Below, piece after piece: positions 57,670-64,000 of a stretch of 64,000 bases of DNA. This stretch comes from Eledone cirrhosa (taxonomy: Eukaryota). A program made the position numbers and the translations under genes. Under the pieces are notes generated by a model. That model saw nothing but the letters and a program-made list of their open reading frames with translations. It was not told the origin of the DNA and did no database searches. Numbering within the stretch: the stretch's first letter is position 1; each line of letters starts with the position of its first letter. The stretch lies in contig OZ024740.1 of assembly GCA_964016885.1 (NCBI GenBank), positions 400,954,001-401,018,000 of the forward strand, given 5' to 3'.

Positions 57670-60612
57670 ATGTCAGAGGCCTGGTGAAACTCAGTAACAT
57701 GAGTAAAATTTCCTACCTGGGACACTTAGCCATAAGCAATCAAGCACTATGCATGGCACTAACCGAAACGCACCTGACAAGCAGTATAGCAGATGCAGAA
57801 ATACATATACCGAAATATACTGTATTTCGTTCGGACAGGAAGGAGAGAACTCATGGTGGGGTTGCTCTGTATATCCGTGAAGATGTCACACCAATTGTAC
57901 TGTTGACACATTCAAACTCAGTCTGTGACACACTGATAATACATATGAAGCAACTACAGACAGTAATATGTGTCACATATCGGCCGCCCGATGCCCCCAG
58001 TCATGAGGGTAAATTTGAGGATAGCCTAAGTAGGATAGAAGAGGTCCTTGACAAACTGGACCGGGTCTCAACATCCTACTGCTGGGAGACTTCAACCTAC
58101 CAAAGGTCAAATGGCCTGAGGGCCACCTCCTCCCTGGAATGACGTCAATAGAACAGAGACAGACGGAATCCCTGCTGCCCTTCACACACAGGCTGTTCAT
58201 GGAGCAAGCAATACTCCTCCCAACAAGAGGCGAAAATGTCCTGGACCTCAAACAACGAAGTGCTCATCCACAATGTAAAGGTGACACCAACAATTCTCTC
58301 GGATCATAACTTAGTAGAGCTAATGATATGTGGTCCAAGAGAACCAACAGAGACAAAACCACCAAGAAGCTCCGGGACGCTATCCAGCCTTAACTTCTAC
58401 AAGGCTAACTGGAAAAAGATAAAGAGTGAAATCCGGAAGCAAACATGGAGTGAAAACACCGCCACACAAGACACTAACACACAATTTCAACACTTCATGA
58501 CAACGATACACACTATATGCAAAAAGTTTGTCCCGGAGAAAGAGGCAAACAGACACAAAAATCTTATTCTTAGAGATAGGAAAATCCTTATGAGACGTAG
58601 AACTAAACTCTCAAACCAGTTGAATAGTCAACAAAACAAAAACAAGAAGGAATTCTATTTGAAACGTGCACTACTTGACACCGAGATTGCACTCAAACTT
58701 TCACATGAGAATGAGCGGGCAAAGAAAGAGAACAGGGCCATAGAAAACATTAAAACAAACTAAGGCCTTCTTTAAATTTGCAAAAGAAACTGCCTCAGTA
58801 CACTGCAAGATTGGGCCACTCTTCCACACGGACGGTTCATTAACCGAAAACCCCCAAGAGATATGTGAAATACTGAACGAACAGTACAAAAGTGTGTTCA
58901 CATGTCCACTGAGGCACATGCAAATAACGAAGCCAGAGGAGTTCTTTGATGCCACAACACTACATCAAGAAATGGCAACCATCAACCACATAGACATAAC
59001 GGAGGAGGATGTGGTGTATGCCATTGATGAAATTAGAACAGACTCGGCTGCTGAACCTGATGGATTCCCAGCAGTTCTCTTAAAACTATGTAAGCGGGCC
59101 TTAGCAACTCCACTTAAGATGCTCTTCAGAAGCTCCTTGGCTAGCGGTGTACTACCCAGGGAGCTGAAAGAAGGCACAATATGCCCTATCCATAAAGGAG
59201 GTAGTAGAGCGGAGGCCAATAACTATAGTTCAGTCTCCCTGACGTCACATATCAGTAAGGTTATGGAGCGAGTTGTCAGAAAGAAACTAATCACTTTCCT
59301 CGAAGAAAATGACCGCCTGACTAGCACGCAACATGGCTTCCGCCCAGGAAGAAGCTGCCTTACACAGCTGCTATATCACTACGACTGGGTACTGAGACAA
59401 CTACTAGACAGCTCACATGTGGACGTGATATATCTTGATTTTGCGAAGGCCTTTGACAAGGTCGACCACGGAATGATATGTCACAAACTACACGGACTCG
59501 GCATAACTGGAAAAGTAGGTGAGTGGCTGCATGGCTTCCTAAGGGACAGAAGCCAGGCAGTCGCAGCAAATGGGGCCCTCTTGAGGGAAACACCGATAAC
59601 AAGTGGGGTGCCCCGGGGGACAGTCCTGGGACCACTACTGTTTTTGTTGGATCTCTCGGACATGCCCTCTGTGGTGCATGCAACAACATCCCTCACTAGC
59701 AATGCTGATGACACTAAGGTAGCACAGGCAATCAAAAACCCGGCTGACGCTGCCCTTTTACAGCAGGATCTGGATGCCATATACAGATGGGCGGAAGAAA
59801 ACAACATGCAGTTTAATGCTGGCAAATTCCAAGCCCTACAATACAAACCTGCAAACACAAATATAGTGGAACACAGCTACACAGGACCAGGAGGGACCGA
59901 TATCCCCGTGTCAGGATCGATACGAGACCTGGGCATAGACATGAGCGATGATGCATCTTTTTCTTCACACATCATGACAGTGGCGACAATGTGCAGACGA
60001 CTTGCTGGCTGGATCTTGAGGACTTTCCGGACAAGAGATCGAGACACCATGTTGACACTGTGGAGGACTTTTGTCCTAAGCCGCCTGGACTACTGCTCCC
60101 AGTTGTGGTCACCCCATAGTGTCAAACTAACCACGGAGATTGAGGCAATCCAGCGAAGCTACACCAAGAGGATTGCCAAGATGAGGGAGACAAGCTACTG
60201 GGAGAGGCTAAAGGAACTGAACCTCTACTCCTTGGAGCGAAGACGGGAGAGATACGCAGTGATCTACATGTGGAAAATCCTGGAGGGACTAGCACCAAAC
60301 TTTGGCATTGGGAGCTGGACCAACCGTCGAACAGGACGTCACTGTGTGGTGCCAAAGGTCCCGTCTTCCACATCTAGAATAAGGAGCAGGTATTGCAATA
60401 GCCTGGGATTCAAGGGCCCTCAACTCTTCAACAGGCTGCCGAGGCATCTGAGAGACTTGCATGACGTGGAGGTGGATGTCTTTAAGAAACATCTCGACAC
60501 CTTGTTATCCAGGATCCCAGATGAGCCCACAGCAAGACACGAGGGAAACCTAAGGGCAGCAGCAACAAACTCCCTCTTACACCAGTGGCCAACCTATACA
60601 GGCTGGAGATAA
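57588..60612 (+). pseudogene. CR1 ORF2 APE endonuclease plus reverse transcriptase (disrupted)
   Basis: LLNVRGL, LTETHL, FRSDR..HGGVALYI, YRPP, GDFN, SDHN, QHGFRPGRSC, YLDFAKAFDKVDH, SGVPRGTVLGP, NADD (for YADD), LYSLERRRER; frameshifts and a TAA at 58761. Confidence 0.92.
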
Positions 60613-60696
60613 AATGTGTAGCAACAAGGGCGGTGCCCCAGCATGGCCTCAGCCGGGTGGCTGAAACAGGTAAAAGAGTAAAAGAGTAAAAGAGTA

Positions 60697-61293
<597 letters not shown>

Positions 61294-61779
61294 GAATCGG
61301 GAATATATAATCACAAATATAGGCATCGCATACATACACACAGTTCTACATTACATACTTAAAAACAACTATTGTTAATAAGGTTGGTGCAGTGGGAATT
61401 CTAAGATTTTGTAGAAGAAATAAAGGTAAAGGATCTCATACAATAAACCAGAAATATAAACACGAGCACATAATATAACATCTAAAACTCACATGTATGC
61501 AACTGTGACATATAGAAAACATGGATTCCCACCCTCACCAAGACACCAATTAATACAAAACGAAATGGATATTAATTTTTCAGATATTTGTTATTTCACA
61601 GTTAGGAAATATTACATAAATAATATATGATTTGCTATTAACCCTTTATTTTCCGTTTGCATTAAGTAACCTTTGTCAGTTTCAATATATAGACACAGAT
61701 AATAGAGAGAATGAGAGAGTGGAAGTAAGAAAGTGATATAGAGGAAGAATAGACCCCAGTACTAGTGTTGTACTATTTT

Positions 61780-61982
61780 CGTCGAGCGTCAGACAACATG
61801 GTTTGTGGCATAGAATTATTGCCCTTTATTTACGTTCTGAGTTCAAATTCCGCCGATGTTAGCTTTGCTTTTCATCCTTACGGGGTCGATAAAATATAGC
61901 ACCAGTAACGGATTGGGGTCGATTTAATCGTCTCTCCCTTTCTCCCAAAACTTGACCTTTTACCTAAATCAGAATCCGTTAT
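61780..61982 (+). mobile_element. SINE copy (Deu/Nin-like domain)
   Basis: TTCTGAGTTCAAATTCCGCCGA..TTTCATCCTTACGGGGTCGATAAAAT..TGGGGTCGATTTAATCG. Confidence 0.82.
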
Positions 61983-62727
61983 TTTTCCAAACTTACGAAA
62001 AGGTTTAGATATAAGTTTGAAAGCGGAGTCAACGGAAGGGAGTTCCTGTCAACAAACTCACCATACGGTTTATATACAGAAGTCACTGATATCCAAGTAG
62101 CTAAATGTCAGCAGAAGGGCAACCAGGAATCATGACCTAGACACGACCCTGCCCCCCTTACAGTGTAAGTTAAGAGACGAAACTTTCACTTGAGCGTGGC
62201 TTCTTCTCTGAAGACCTACTCTCCAGCCCTTCTAAGGGTTTCGTCGCTAGTAGTAACATCCGATCAAGCAAAGACTGTACAATAAACATATTACAAGCAC
62301 TGGCGTAAGGAAAGATGCATTCGTTTTACAGGACATTGCTAAATATTGACGACTTGAATCTGTAAGACTTTTAACCTAATTTTACTTCATCGTGACATAG
62401 CAAGTACAAATATATTGTCTAGATTATTTCAAATCAATCAGCTTATGCTCATAGCGTAACCATTTTGTAGTTTCAGGGGACAGGGTTCTTCGCAAAAACA
62501 CTATTTCATGCATTTCCCATCAATTATCTATCTGTTGGCGAATGTAGTGAATCCACGCATGCATATATTAGACACAGACCATTTGAGGGGGAAAACACGG
62601 ATTATTCGTTTTTGTCTTGATCTGTCTCCGTTTCACATTTGAAAAGAGGGTAATAGCCCTAAAATATCATTTCTATCACATTGTACCGGTTTTTTGATAT
62701 TATCAGTCATTTATATATATATATAAT

Positions 62728-62815
62728 TGGCAATCGTAAGGTTGTGAGTTCGATTCCTGAACCAGGCGATGCGTTATGTCCTTGAGCAAGACACTTTATT
62801 TCACATTGCTCCTTC
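62728..62815 (+). mobile_element. tRNA-derived SINE head of a second family
   Basis: GGTTGTGAGTTCGATTCC B-box followed by TGTCCTTGAGCAAGACACTTTA. Confidence 0.6.
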
Positions 62816-63013
62816 TACCTGGAGTTGCGACCGATAAATAGTATTAGCAATTGGAAAGACCAACGGAAACATTGTTCCCTCGGTCCGATTTGACGAAAGT
62901 CGATCGTTTAAAAAAAAAATATATATATATATATATAAAGAGAGAGAGAGAGAGAACACTGGAAAGGTAATATCCGTAGTGGTAGAGCACTCAGTCCATG
63001 GGACGAGTTAGGT

Positions 63014-63349
<336 letters not shown>

Positions 63350-63354
63350 TGGTG

Positions 63355-63386
<32 letters not shown>

Positions 63387-64000
63387 ACACACACACAGAC
63401 ACACACACACACAAACACACAAACACATACACACACATATATATATATATATAATAATACTACTCTTTATAGTTATGTATATACTATAAACAGGAAAGGT
63501 CAGTAATTTCCTACTACCTTATCACCAGTAAGAGAAATAGTTCAATGTAAGAACATTAGTTGTTTTACAGAGCAGGAAAATAAATAAATTAGACAATTAT
63601 CAAAGTTGTGTTCAAATCATTTAATAGCTGACAATCGTTTCTTCCAAACTCTCGTTTGGTGTCATCGGAGCTTTATCAATGTTTGCACATATAATTACCC
63701 TCCTATCCAACTGAACAATAATATAGATACATATATATTGATGTTGTGAGCAACAGTTTCGTATATACAGGGTGGAATGGATGTGACATATATTTTACGA
63801 GAATTGTACAATAATTGTACAAAAATTCAAAATCAAGTTAAAAGCACAGAGTGGAATATATGCAACAGATAAAACAAGAGAATAGTCCAATAATTAAAGA
63901 GGCATTGAGAAAGGAGTTTTGAGAAAGGAAGAGTGCATTAAAAATACATATGCAGCCGTGTGGAGAGTGCACATGCGTTAGTCATATATATGAGAAGGAA

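Larger units (their letters stand above)
57029..60696 (+). mobile_element. CR1-group LINE, 5'-truncated within ORF1, with (TAAAAGAG)3 tail
   Basis: ORF1 remnant plus APE-RT ORF2; short 3' UTR ending in an 8-bp tandem repeat; embedded in (TA)n. Confidence 0.92.

Noticed and set aside
62728-62770. tRNA gene
   Set aside because: Only a B-box/T-arm-like segment followed by SINE body; no cloverleaf.
63765-64000. TACAGGGTG, a possible Tc1/mariner TIR start
   Set aside because: No partner TIR or transposase lies within the window.

Overview
Eukaryotic (animal) intergenic or intronic DNA that is AT-rich and saturated with (TA)n, (TG)n and (TATG)n microsatellites. The repeat landscape resembles an octopus/coleoid cephalopod genome, which is an inference from repeat types only. 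No host protein-coding gene can be supported, and nearly all [12 protein letters not shown] ORFs are translated microsatellites. The real content is mobile DNA: (1) a near full-length but disrupted Tx1/L1-clade LINE (29890-35753) between (ATT)n runs, plus two decayed relatives; (2) a 5'-truncated CR1-group LINE (57029-60696) inside (TA)n; (3) R4/Dong-type RLE LINE fragments and RTE fragments; (4) several Penelope-like elements (RT and GIY-YIG) whose termini carry hammerhead-ribozyme motifs and inverted pseudo-LTRs; (5) many tRNA-type SINEs with a Deu/Nin-like domain; (6) mariner relics and many fold-back palindromes. Most interesting: the SINE 3' tail matches the Tx1 3' end and both SINE target duplications begin with ATTATT, suggesting an (ATT)n-targeting LINE-SINE pair; a set of Penelope hammerheads, three sharing a U-U closing pair on stem II; a nested inverted-repeat stack at 41.3-49 kb; and an in-frame TGA at a likely Cys position in a Penelope GIY-YIG domain.
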